A stretch of 64,000 nt of DNA, from contig OX597827.1 of assembly GCA_951406725.2 (NCBI GenBank), positions 21,762,001 through 21,826,000 on the forward strand, read 5' to 3'. Position 1 is the stretch's first letter; each line of letters starts with the position of its first letter. The position numbers and the translations under genes are program-made. This document shows, piece after piece, positions 1 to 13,700 of the stretch. Origin of the DNA: Octopus vulgaris (Eukaryota). The notes under the pieces were generated by a model. That model was not told the origin of the DNA and searched no databases. It was given only the letters and a program-made list of their open reading frames with translations.

Positions 1-884
1 AACCAGGCTTTATAAAAAGAAAATAAGTACTGGATTGATTAGTTTGACTAAAATTCTCCAAGGTGGTGCTCCAGCATGGCCACAGTCTAATGACTGAAAC
101 AAGTAAAAAGATAAAAGATATCGTTGCTATTATGCAAAAGTGTTGTAAGTACAAAATGTTGCTTTTTCAGAAAACAAAAATATAATTTCACCATTCCATA
201 GCAAGACCATTGTCCAACACTTTGACAATTTTTGACATCTGAAGCAGTTGGAGATACGACAGTTTGACCAAAATAACTGGCTATTGCAAGCAAAAATAAA
301 TATTGGGAAAAATGCATTTGTTAAAAATTTTGGACATACGACAGTTTAATATAATAGCAACAAATATATTCATTTGTAAAAAATTTTTATTGAATTAATT
401 TTTGTTGCATTTTTGAAAAAGTAATTCAAATAAAATTATTTATGTCAAACAAACAGAAACACACGTCTGAAAGCAGACGGGGACCATCAGTGGTTTACTC
501 AACTTGTGTTGGGTTGTTAAATACAAGGATTCCAAAATATATCATCATCATTTTACATCTACTTTCATGCGGGCATGGGTTAGATGAGTCACCAACAGTC
601 CAAGTCAGTTCTTATTGAGAGCCGTTTGCTTCTCCCAATAAGACCAGGTGCTTCTATGCATCCTTTAGGTTGGTTTCTATGGCTGAATGCCCTTCCTATC
701 ACCAACCATTCTAAAGAGTGTACTGGACGCATATTCCCATGGCACCGACCCTAGCGCTGTAAATGAGGAGAGAAGTAGGAGTGGGAGCAAAAGGCCAAAA
801 GTTGGGGGCAGATGGTGGGAGTAGAAGTGCTGTGAACAGTATGACCCGTAGGTCTTATTTATTTCAAGAAATAAGTTGACTTAC

Positions 885-993
885 CGAAGTTGTTGTGCTT
901 TCCAATAGTAATACAGACTATAATAATGCATCTTCATGATCTCATAGGTCTGGCCAAGTCCATACCAAGCTCTGAAGTCTCGACTGTTTACTT
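885..993 (-). CDS. CDC23: CDC23 exon 10 ([37 protein letters not shown])
   Basis: 109 nt, CAG/GTAAGT. Confidence 0.95.
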
Positions 994-2415
994 CTGGACG
1001 ACACAGAATAGAAGAAATAATTACCATTTATAAATAGTCTCAAACAAAATTATTTAGAAATTCAATTCTTCTTCTAAACTTCAGGACTAAAATATTTGAT
1101 GATAGAATCAAACATGAAATGGAATGAAGTCCACAACCAAACAATAAACACTGTTTATTAGACAGGCTTCTCTACAGTTTCTGTCTAAAGAATTTCAGTG
1201 ACAAGGAATGGGACAAGCAGAAGACATGTATTGTAGAACCCTGTAATTGCGAAGTAAACCAAGTCACATTGTGTACCAATTCTTATTAAGACTGACGGAA
1301 AAATTTCTTGGAGTTTTGTAAATGTGTTTGATTATGAGATTCTATGGTATTGTTTAGCGTGAGATCAGGCCTGACTGAGCAGAGCTACGATAGAAGGCAT
1401 TCCAGCCATGACCATATCACTAGTTCTTCTGACATCTGTGACTGCATTATTCAATGTCTGCTTCAGTTTCTCAGACAGCAAAGGAGTAAAGACGGAGATG
1501 CCCTGCATGGGTGCATATACAGGTTACCTCTGTTATACACGTGTTCTGAATGCATTGTGTATATGTTATTGATACATTGGTGCAGGAGTGGCTTTGTGGT
1601 AAGTAGCTTGCTTACCAACCACATGGTTCCGGGTTCAATCCCACTGCGTGGCATCTTGGGCAAGTGTCTTCTACAATAGCCTCGGGCCGACCAAAGCCTT
1701 GTGAGTAGATTTGGTAGACGGAAACTGAAAGAAGCCCATCGTGTATATGTATATGTATGTATATATGTGTGTCTATGTTTGTCCCCCCCAACATTGCTTG
1801 ACAACCGATGCTGGTGTGTTTACATCACCATAACTTCGCAGTTCGGCAAAAGAGACCAATAGAATAAGTACTAGGCTTACAAAGAATTTGCTCGACTAAA
1901 GGCGATGCTCCAGCATGGCCACAGTCAAATGACTGAAACAAGTAAAACAGTTGTATGTTGCATATATGTCATGTGATACGTATAGCTTCATTTCATGCAA
2001 GTTTCCAATGGCTTCTGAGTTCAATCTCAGCCTGAGCACGAGAAATGAGAAATGGTGAAAATGGCGAATGTAGAGATGGTCAATGTATATCTATTGTCTC
2101 AGTTTTTTTTTTCAATTCATTGATGGTTGGTGGTGGTCAGTAGTTCAGCAAAAAGAGTGGACCTAATGCAGTTAATGAATGATACTGTAGTTGCTGTGAT
2201 TTGTGTGTAATTCTGTTTAAGTACAGCTGATAGTGTGTGTGCGTGTGTGTGGTGTGTGTGATGCATGTGGTGTGTGTGTGTGTGAGGGGGTGTGGTGTTG
2301 TGTGTGTAGTGGTGTGTGTGTGTAGTGGTGTGTGTGTGTGTGTGTGTGGTGTGTGTATGTAGTGTAGTGTGTATGTGATGTGTGTGTGGCGTGTGTGGGT
2401 GAGTGTGTGTGGTGT

Positions 2416-2465
<50 letters not shown>

Positions 2466-5400
2466 GTGTGCGTGTCGTGTGTATGTGTATGTGCGTTACG
2501 TAGCATTAACTCACCAATGGCTTGTCGATATGCTTCAATGGCCGCAGTAATGTTCTTCATCTCCATGTACTCGTGTCCGATAAGAGTCCAAGCTGAGAGG
2601 TAGTGAGGATTGAGCTTGAGAGCTCTTTGGAAATATAACAGAGCTTTTTCATGCTGAGACCTGAGTGAATAATAGTTGGCTGAAAACAATAATATAAAAA
2701 AAGAATAAATTTAAATAATGTATTCCATGCTAAATTCCTTTGGCAAGGGGTTTCCTACATTAAAAAAAAAAAAACTTTCTTAAATTCCTGCTTGTCAAAG
2801 ATGGTTCATTTATTTTTAACTGTTATTGATAGCAAACACAATGTTTTTAAATAAGTCAGACAGAGGAAGGGCAATGACCATAACCTTTGTAGGAATTCCC
2901 TAATATTGAGATAGATAGGGTGCAAGACTTGTTAACGTTTGACCGTTACAGGAAAATGAGGCAGGGGAGAGAACTAAGTATAAATGTTAAACGACCCTCC
3001 ACTAAAACCCCTTCGAAGACTTCAGGTGGTGGCATTAAAGTGGGCACTGTGATAGGGACATTTCATCCTGCTTGTCACACTGAAGTCAGGTTTGTTGTGA
3101 CCCCATGAAACAGAGAACAGATCTAACCCTACAAAGCGACCTTTTGACACTTCTAACGTTAGCTTCTCAAACCCTTAACTTCAAGCGTACTACATTATTA
3201 AACTGATCATCATCATCATCATCATCATCATTTAGTGTCTGTTGTCCATGCTGGCATGGGTTGGGTGGTTTTACCAAGCTGGAAGGCTGCACCAGACTCC
3301 AGTCTGATTTGACATGGTCTCTATGGCTGGATACCCTTCCTAACGCCAACCACTCTGTGAGTGTAATGGGTGCTTTTATGTGCCACCAGTATCTGCCAGC
3401 TATGATGAAGAATGATATATTCTCATTAGATGTATTGTCATTATTAGGGAAGAGCTTCATGTTCTGAGTTGTGTCAAGAAATTAAACAACCCTTGAAGGG
3501 TTCAAATCTAATTACAAACAAACCTAGTTATAACCAACTATTACACACACAATCATACATAAAAAAGGAGAGACAGTGTCTAGGCCATCAGGGACAGCTG
3601 CTGAAATGCAGAAAACATTCAATGAAGAAGGGTAATAGGGAGTCACTTGCACATTGGATCAAGTGTGCGTGTGTGTGTGGGGGGGTCATAATAAATGGCA
3701 AAGCAATATCATCATTTCGAAGGGCAACAGAGATAGTCTCAAGGGTTCTAAACTGGGATCCATATGACCCTTAGAGGGCTCATTTAAGATTTTGTTGTTA
3801 AAAATTACCTGCAATAACTTGGTTATACTTCTAGAATAGACAAAATATTTTAACAATTTTTTAAATACAATTCCTAAAAATATTTAATTATGAAAATATA
3901 ATATCATGTCTGTGCTAGTAGGGTGCCAAGAACACCATCTGAGCGTGATTGTTGTAATCATTGCCAGAGCAGCCAACTGGCTTCCGTACCCGTGGCACGT
4001 AAAAGGGCACCATGGGCACCATTCGAGCGTGATTGTTACCAACGTCACTTCACTGGCACCTGTGTCGGTGGCACGTGTAAAAAGATGCGAGCGAGGTCAT
4101 TGCCAGTACTGCCTGACTGGCCCCCGTGCAGGTGGCACGTAAAAAGCACCCACTACACTCTCGAAGTGGTTGGCGTTAGGAAGGGCATCCAGCTGTAGAA
4201 ACTCTGCCAGATCAAGACTGGAGCTTGGTGCAGCCATCTGGTTGCCAGCCTTCAGTCAAAACCGTCCAGCCCATGCTAGCATGGAAAACGGACGTTAAAT
4301 AGTGATGATGAATAGGAGTTTTTTAAACATTAAATGGCTGTGAGGGTCCACCCAAGTAAAATAGGAAACAAAGGGGTCCATGGGCAAAATAAAAAAAATG
4401 TTTGAGAACCACAGAAAGAAGACATATATAAGATTATCATGGTATGGGAGGAATGTGTATAAGTGGCAGAGCAAAGAAAATAAAGGACCATTGACAACCA
4501 TGACAACTGGTATGACATTACGGAGGAGAAGATCTGTCCAACCCACAGAAACACAAAGAGACAAATGGAGATTTTATATCAACTCACCAATAACACAACA
4601 AGTTTCCACACGATATTTATCAATCTCACAAACGCTATGGGCCAAGTAGGCCAATTCCACACGGTTCTCCTGAAAAATAAAAAAACACATTTAATATTAG
4701 GGATCTGAAACCCACAGAATTCCTAGATGGATATATATTTGTTATACATACATGGGGTAACAATCACAACCGCGTTGCCTTACTAGCACTTGTGCTGGTG
4801 GCATGTGAAACATTCGAGCGAGGACGTCGCCAGTGCCGCTGGGCTGGCTCCTGTGCAGGTGGCATGTAAAAAGCACCATTTGGACGTGGCCGTTGCTAGT
4901 ACCACCAAACTGGCCCTTGTGCTGGTGGCACATAAAAGCACCCACTACACTCTTGGAGTGGTTGGCGTTAGGAAGGGCATCCAACTGTAGAAACTCTGCC
5001 AGATCAGATTGGAGTCTGGTTCGCCAGACCTCAGTCAATTCATCCAACCCATGCTAGCATGGAAAGCGGACGTTAAATGATGATGATGATGATACACCTG
5101 ATTCACTTTTATGTCAGCCCTCTTTATACTAACCTGGTGAAGACACTCCTTGGTCCTTTGAGACAAACTTCCTATTTCAAAGGAACTAAATGAAAATGTG
5201 CTGCAGCATGAAGTTTTGTCAGTGAACAGGTCGCAGTCTCAAAGCGACGAAAATATTTTGACAAATTAAATTTAAATGTTGAAGTGAATCTAACGGTTTT
5301 TGTGTGTTTCTTAAATGGCTTATAAACACCTTCCACGCTGCAATTGTTTTCGTTCCAGCACACGATCTCAGATCAGGTCACTTGCTATGAAAGTACATCT

Positions 5401-8400
5401 CCGTAATAAATTGAAATCTTCTATCAAAATTTCATGTTAATTTACGTCCTAAACACGACATTCATAGTGACAAAGTTACTTCACTGAGTTTTTCCTTTTC
5501 AAAATAGAGTGAAAGCAGAAGCAGAGCATTTTAAAAAAAGTATCTTAATGAAAGGCCTAAACGTGAATGTAACATTTTCCCAGGTTACAAAGGTTTGTAA
5601 CATGGAAAGCCAAGCACAGGTTTCAATAGATATTATCAGTTACAGGAAAGTGGAGTGACACTGTTAAATGCCAACATCTTACGATTCTTTCAAATGAATT
5701 GCAGTCAGTTTTATCTCTTTTATCCTTTACTTGTTCCAGTCATTAGACTGTGGCCATGCTGGGGCAGTGCTTTGAAGAATTTTTAGTTGAATAAATCAAC
5801 CCCTGGCACTTATTCTATTGGGCTCTTTTGCTGAACTACTAAGTTATGGGGACAAACCAACACCGCTGGTGGTGACAATCATAAGCGCATGTCACTAACA
5901 TATGTCCTACTTCCTTGTTGGTATGGGTTGGATGGTTTGATCTGGCAAGCCAGGGGACTGAGCTTAAACTCCAATGTCCACTTTGATGTGGCATCTATGA
6001 CTGGATGCCCTTCCTGATGCCAGCCACTTTACTGAATGGGTGCTTTTCACATGGCACCAGTATCTATCAAACTTAACTGGTCAACTGAATGGAGGTTATT
6101 TGCCCAAAGTGCCACAAGAGAGGACTGAAGTTGAAATAATGTGGCTGTGAAGTAAACTTCTTTCTCACAAAGTCATGCTTGTACCCATGAAAGTCTCAAT
6201 AATGTCACCATTGATATTATTGGCAGAAACGTTAGCATGCCAGGAAAAATGCTTAGCAGTATTTCATCTGCCATAATGTTCTGAGTTCAAATTCTACCGA
6301 AGCCGACTTTGCCTTTCATCCTTTTGGGGGTGGTTAAATAAGTACCAGTTATTCACTGGGGTCGATGTAATTGATTTAATCCATTTGTCTGTCCTTGTTT
6401 GTCCCCTCTATGTTTAGCCCCCTTGTGGCCAATAAAGAAATAAATAAACCACCATTGTGACCAAAGAGTTTTTACCCTCAAAGTTTCTCATTAACTCTTC
6501 CTGGCCCCAAATATAACAAAAATTGGTGAAAATTATTTTTAAAAATCCCAATTTTTTGAAGATTTCCACATATTTGAAACGGCACATACTAAAATAGAGA
6601 ATCTTTGTCAAGCAAAGGAAGAATAGAGGAACTTTTTTAAATTTAGAAAATACTGATACAAGCATTAATAGAACACTTACTTTAACAAAAAGTATGTTTG
6701 AGAAAATATCCATGTTTTCTAGACGATAGGGATCTTTTTCTCGCAGTTTCATAAAAACATCAACAGCCTGATCAAAGCCTGTGAAAAAATAAAATTTAGG
6801 CCTAGATACTCGTTAATACTCCTCTAAAGATCATTTTACTTACCTCCACGTTTATACAAGTCTTTACAGTTTTACAGAAGCAAAAATTGAGCATTATAAA
6901 ACATTTTCTACTTCTAAGAATGTATCATAACAAGAATCTCTAAACATGTTTGTGAATGTATGTCTATATGGGTCAGACAAAATTCATTGCAGTGGGTTTT
7001 CTTGTGCCAACCCTAACCTGTTTCCAAGTAAGGTGATATTTCCCCAAGAATAGACATGTTTTTCACATAAGACTGAAGACAAGGGACTGCTTCTTTGATA
7101 GGAATACTTGTTTATAACAATCACATGATGTCAAGGCAAGAAGACAGTCACTATTTCTCTGTCTCACACACACACACAGATTGGCAGGATAGCTGTAAAT
7201 GAGCGTCACTGTCCTACAAGCAGAGTCACTCCTTTCCAGTATTCTGCAAAATATTCCATTGCTTGGGAACAGGTGAGGGTTGGGGACAGGCATCCAACTG
7301 TAGACAAACTGCTAGAATGCCCCGCCTGACCCACCTCCCAAGCATGGAAGGTGGATGTTAAATGATGATATGACAAGATACATAAGCAACATTCATGGTC
7401 ACTTAAACATGGTTGTTCCATAGAAACTGATGTTACTGCTATTTTTAACCCTGGGAGGACACCTCCTCCGGCCAGTTATTTAATGCAATCTACACCCAAC
7501 ATATATTGCAAGCAGAGGAGTGAACAACTACTATTCTCCAGCCACAAGATCACCAGACCATGTGGTTTCGACTGCTTCATGGTCATCCTTGGTGGTGGAT
7601 ACTCGTCTGCTAGAGATAGCAGTAGTTCACTCCAGCTTGCAATACATATACATATATATAATTTAAAAATAGGATAAAATCTTCATAAGAATTTATCAAG
7701 TAGTTAGCATGAAAAACCTCATAAGAGAAAAAAAACCCATCATTTTTTTCCTTTAAATTTATTTATTTATATTATATAGAGGGCACTATTACACATAGAT
7801 GCCTCACATTAGGAGGGACTCTTAAAGTCAAAACTATTATTTTAGTAGTTTTGACTTTAAGAGTCCCTCCTAGCATGAGGCATCTATGTGTAATAGTGCC
7901 CTCTATATTATATATATATATATATAATAAACATATTGAGAATAACAAGGTAGTCAGAATGTTGGATGATTGTGTATATTTCTATCGCTTTCTTCCGTTA
8001 TCGAATTTATCAAAAGAGTGGTTTACAATAAGTTTGCTTCAGCTTTTTATATAAAATTGAAAATGATGATGTTCTAGAAAACGAGAGAGGGGGAGATGGG
8101 AACAAATCAGAAAGGAATGTGCGGGGGTGAGAGAGGAGGATACAGCAGGAGACAGTAAGGTAAAGGAGACGAGGCTTTCGCATCAGGTCTGACCACAGAT
8201 ACAAAAACCATGCCTCTTTTACCTCATCCTCCTTCACAAACTCTTTTCTTCTTTCTTTTCCCTTCCTTCACAACCCCCTCCCCTCCAAATCGAGAATACA
8301 ATCCCAAAACACACTTCTACGTTCTTTTCTCTTCTCCATCCTCACCATCTCTTCTCTCCTCCTCTCTCACCTTTTCACTTTCCTTTCTAATTTGCTCCTC

Positions 8401-10721
8401 CCTCTCCTTTTCTAAAACATCATCAGTTTCAATTTTATATAAAAAGGTGAAGCAAAATTACTTTAAACCACTTTTTTGATAAATTCAATAAGGAAAGAGA
8501 GCGTTAAAAATGTAAATAAAAATATACGTAATCATGCAACATCCTTATTACCTTGTTATTCTCAATATACAAATTCTATACATCACTTCAGAAACTCTCT
8601 ACATTGACATCTCAGCACAGTCCACATGGCATTATGAACTAAAAACTGAAATCTTAGTTTGTTATGCCATGTGGGCTGTGCCTGCTGACTGTGCCAAGAT
8701 GTCAGATGTATTATAAAACATTGCTTGGCACGTTCTCAACACATGAAGACATGTATTGCATCTATTAAACTATATATTATTCAAAGAAATTCCAACTCTG
8801 TCTGTATTTTATGTTTTATTTATATTCTTTATAATATTAATATAAAATATAGTATAAATAATATATATAGTAAAATGAAATGAAGTATTGATTGTCTTAT
8901 TGAATAGATGAAATATTGAATATTAAATATTAAGGGACTAGTATACTTTCATGCGTTATAGCATTTTATATTCAACATTTCATCTATTCAATAAGACAAT
9001 CAATACTTCATTTCATTTTACTATATATATTATTTATACTATATATTCTATATTAATATTATAAAAAATATAAATAAAACATATAAAACAGAGAGTTGGA
9101 ATTCCTTTGAATATATATCCCTCTATACACAATCATACAAACCCCTTTTTATTTATTTACTTACATATATATATATATATATATATATGATCTCCTTTTA
9201 ATTTTTTTTTACTGGTTTCCTGTCATTTCAATGGTTTATGTTTGTTTTATGATTAAAATTCTATTTTTTTTATGACATCAGAAAGATGACAGGTAGATCT
9301 GAAATGACCTGAGACATTTTTTTGCAGGTAAGCTTGCAAGTGTCTATGTACGTTTAGATAGCATAGTTATTAGGAATTTGACTAGACTCTTGTGATTTTA
9401 CTGGTTGTTATTAAACTACTCCTGACTTAATTAATCTTTATAATCTTACAACAGAGTTAAAACATTAAAATTGATAATTGTTATTTGAGCAAAAATAAAG
9501 TTTTTACTGCTTGACCTACTTCGACTGTTGTCGTGAGCAATAGCCATTTGGGCTTGAATGTAAGTGCAGTCGGCGAATCCGTTATCAATGAAAGACTGGT
9601 AAATTTGTAGAGCTTCATCTGTGTGTTGTAGTTCTGAGTACATGTGTGCAAGAAATAAGTGTTTTATCCAATGGTTTGGTAATGTCAATGATTGAAGCTG
9701 GGATATAGAAAGGAAATTTAAATACAAGGGTAAGAAAAAAAAAAAAGCAATGGGATAAACAGTATTTTTGTAATAGAATATTTAACTAAATTAGTTTTGG
9801 AAATTATTTCATAAGAAAAAAGTTTAATATGAGAAATAGCAGATATAACTCCAGCTACAACTGGTCCAAATAAAATATTTACCAGTCTAATTTGTTAGTT
9901 CAATTTAAGAGATCTTATTTATGAAAGTAACATCTATAATTACTGACAAATATTATTATCTATAAAGAAATATTATGGATTGGTTTAAAATATATCAAAA
10001 AGTTTTGATTTTCTTATATTTGTTGTTATATTCTAAAATTGTTAGTTTCAAATCTCTAAAAGCCACATTCTAACAACAGACACAAATGTTCTTTACTTCA
10101 AGTCAAAGAAGATGATGTTCTTCACAAGTCACAGACCATAAACTCAGTTCCACCTGAAAGATTTCAGACTGAAAGCAAAGCAAATCCATTTTAACAGAGT
10201 TTCACTGAATACCTGACTAGTTTAGGAGATTTGTTAATTTGGAGTATTTTAGAAATCCAACAAAAACATGTGATAGTGAAAGCAGCAGTATTATAATAAT
10301 AATAAGAAGAAGAAGAATGAGAAGAAGAAGAAGAATGAGAGAAGAAGAAGAAGAAGAAACAGTAGCAACATAATTTGACTTACAGTCTCTTTGTCTGGAA
10401 TTAAAGTGTTAAGTTCTTGCCATGCACCCCAGTGGAGTGGTTCTTTGTGGACAGATTCCAATAAAACATTGGTAGCTTCTTTAAGTAAATCTAACTTCTT
10501 CAGAACAACACCATACCTACAAAGTAAACCAAATATCAAGCTAGGTTTGCTTGCAAGGGCCTTAAAAGGTCTGTTTTTTTTAATACATTTGTACCATGGA
10601 AAACCAGCAACAAGTTATTTCAGACAAGGATCTTTGGATTTTTTCGTTGTTTTGTTCAGTTTAAAATATTGGTTACTCAGTAAAAATCATCATCATCATC
10701 ATCGATCAATGTCCATTATCC

Positions 10722-10757
<36 letters not shown>

Positions 10758-13700
10758 ATAGTAGTAGTATGGCCTGGGCAGTTCAACATGAACCGACAAG
10801 TTGGAGAATAGCATTAAAGCTCCGGTGTTTGCTTTTGTCTGATTCTAATGGTTACAGGCCATTCCTAATGCCAACCATTCTACTTTTAGTTATTCTCAAA
10901 ATATGCTCACCCAGTTATCCAAGCTATGGTTGTTTTTTTCTCTAATGAAATATAAAATGCTTGTTAAGCATATTTTAGAAGCTCCGTAAAATAACTTTTA
11001 TTTTATACAACAAGTACAATATACCTTCCTTACAAACGTGTGTGTGTGTGTATTTAAAGCAATCGAACAAAATGTATTAGAAATACAAAAAAAAATCCAA
11101 AAAACTTACAAATATAAACAGAATCCATCAAGTTCTTTCTTTTGATGCTTTTCTGATAATTCTGTTTTTAAAATCTTCACTCTCGCTAAATCATCGTTTA
11201 TAACTGAGGTCATACTTGCTGAAAGAACAATACAGCATTCCTAAATAAGACTTCCATTTGTCGAATTAGGGATTAATTTACAAACTCAGCACACACACAC
11301 AGGGAATCATCATCATCTGTTGTCCATGCTAGCATGGGTTGGATGGTTTGACCAGGGCTGGCAAGGCCAGAGAGCTGCCCCAGGTTCCATTGTCTGCTTT
11401 GGCATGGTTATTATAGCTGGATGCCCTTCCTAGTGTCAACTTTATAGAATAAAGTGGGTGCCTTTTTATGTGGCACCATCACCAGTGAGGTCACCAGGTA
11501 ACTTTCAAGACAAAGATCGTTTGAGAGGGGGTTGGTATGGGAGGAGGTGGTTTTGTGCCAGGTGACGAGAGGATAGAGTATGAAAGAGGGAGCAGAAATA
11601 GGAGCCTTACAATAGAGGAGATACATGGTTACCTGAGTGGGAAGGAGAGAGCCTGAGAGAGGGGGGGCAAATTTTCTATGGCCAGATGCTGTTCCTGTGG
11701 CTAGCACTCACCTGCTACAAGTGTGGTAATATTGACCCATGGCCAGTTACATTTTCATGAAAGATTGAAAACAGACAACACTGCTTATATGACAGTTACA
11801 CTCATTAACAACATTTTAATTCATTTCAAGTAAATGACTCAGATAAACTTTAACCCAAACGCAACATTGACTGGTTTTTAGTACGGAAATAGGTTTTAGT
11901 AAATACGGGAAAAGTAACAAATTTTGTTTACTTACTGAAAGAATCAGTCATATTATAAGATCTTCTTTTCTCTTCTGCTAGATATCGAGAGTACATGTAG
12001 AGAAAGTAGGTTACATTGCTCTGAAGTTCAGACTGCTCCAAGAAATGCACAGCACGAAGATATTCTTTAAGGTCAAAGTAACTCTTGGCTAATGAATAAA
12101 CACAGTATTCCTTTTGTAAATTCTCAAACTATAAACAGAAGAAAGATGAAAGTATATAAAACAGAATTCAATTGAGAAAGTATACAAACACACAAAGGAA
12201 ATCATCTCTATAGATATAAACAGCAAAATGTCTGTCTGTGTGCGTGTCCTTTATACAAATCCACAATTTTTCAGTTAGAGGGCTTGCACTTTCTATGGTC
12301 ATTCAAAACCGTCCAAGGGTGGTCGTGCACATCTTTACATTTTCCCCATTAAAAAATCAATAGAAGTGACTTTTTTGTGAATTTTCTATCCAAAACCCAA
12401 TCAAAATGCCTGAAACTTGATATGCCAATTGAATGCTAGCTAGCTGTATGTGATTGGTTGGAGATTTGGACAGTACTCGTGTCTATGTGCACACGCACGC
12501 AGCTGTATATGCATGCACTAGCAGTATGACCCGGTGTTGCTGGGTCATAATGCTAATACAAATATAAAAATTCAGGCAAAATCTAAGGACAGAGGCATAT
12601 AAAAATCATCATGATTTAAAATCCACTCTACATGCTGCATGGTTCAAGAGGGTCCAACAAGTAGGGAGGGTCAGGTCTTGCAATAGTGTCCAAGTCTTGG
12701 CATGGGCTCAACAGCTGCACTGGAAGCTGCTGTTTCATGCCATGGGCACCAGGGTGTTTGTCACGTAACTCAAAAGACAAGAGGACACTTTAGACTGAGT
12801 GGGAATATGGTGGGACAGAGTAGAGAAGGAGATGGCTTAATGATAGATGATGAGAAGCACAACAGAGGGGAGAGAAACAAGTCTGTGTGTTGGAGAAGAA
12901 ATACATGGCTACCCTGCATTATATAAGGGTAGGTGGGAGCGATTGGGTTGGAGCTGTAAAAAGAAACAAAGAAGATATTAACGAGGTGTTAGAGTGCACT
13001 GTCAAGGTTGAATTAGGCGAATAAAAGAGACTGTACAGGGACAAAAGATCAGCAAAGGCAGGCAGGTAAATGTTGCAAGAGTGTGAGGGAGTGAGAAACA
13101 GTTAGAGATGAGGTTAGAAGGATTGTAGGTGTGCTTGTGTAGTAAGAAGGTTGCTTCTCAACCACATCGTTCAGGGTTCGGTCCCACTGCATAGCACCTT
13201 GAGCAAGTGTCTTCTACTATAGCCTTGGCCTGATCAAAGCCTTGTGAGTGGATTTGGTAGACGGAAACTGTAAGAAGCCCGTTGCATGTGTCTGTGCTTG
13301 TCCCCCCCAAACCAACCGATTGACAACAGGTGTAGCTGTGGTTACATCCCTCACAAAAGCGGTTTGGCAAAAAGAGACTGATAGAATAAGTACTAGGCTT
13401 AAGAAAGAAAAAGTCCTGGGGGTTGATTCCTTTGATTAAAAAGTCTTCAAGGTGGTGCCCCAGCTTGGTCACAGTCTAATGAGTGAAACAAAAGATAAAA
13501 ATGGTGGAGGGGGTGGTTGATGGTAAATGAGTTGAGAGTAGAAGGTGACAAGAATGAGGGATGGATGCTGCAATAGTAAGATGTGAACTTATGACCCTGT
13601 GATCAGCATTCATCATCATCATCGTTTAACGTCCGCTTTCCATGCTAGCATGGGTTGGACGGTTTGACCGGGGTCTGGGAAGCCAGGAGGCTGCACCAGG

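Noticed and set aside
1579-1650. tRNA gene
   Set aside because: tRNA-like head of a multicopy SINE without a complete cloverleaf; same for 14231 and 22196
2117-2514. His/Thr-rich extension of the 190-aa ORF
   Set aside because: Read-through of CDC23 exon 9 into an intronic (CA)n microsatellite; GTGAG donor at 2514
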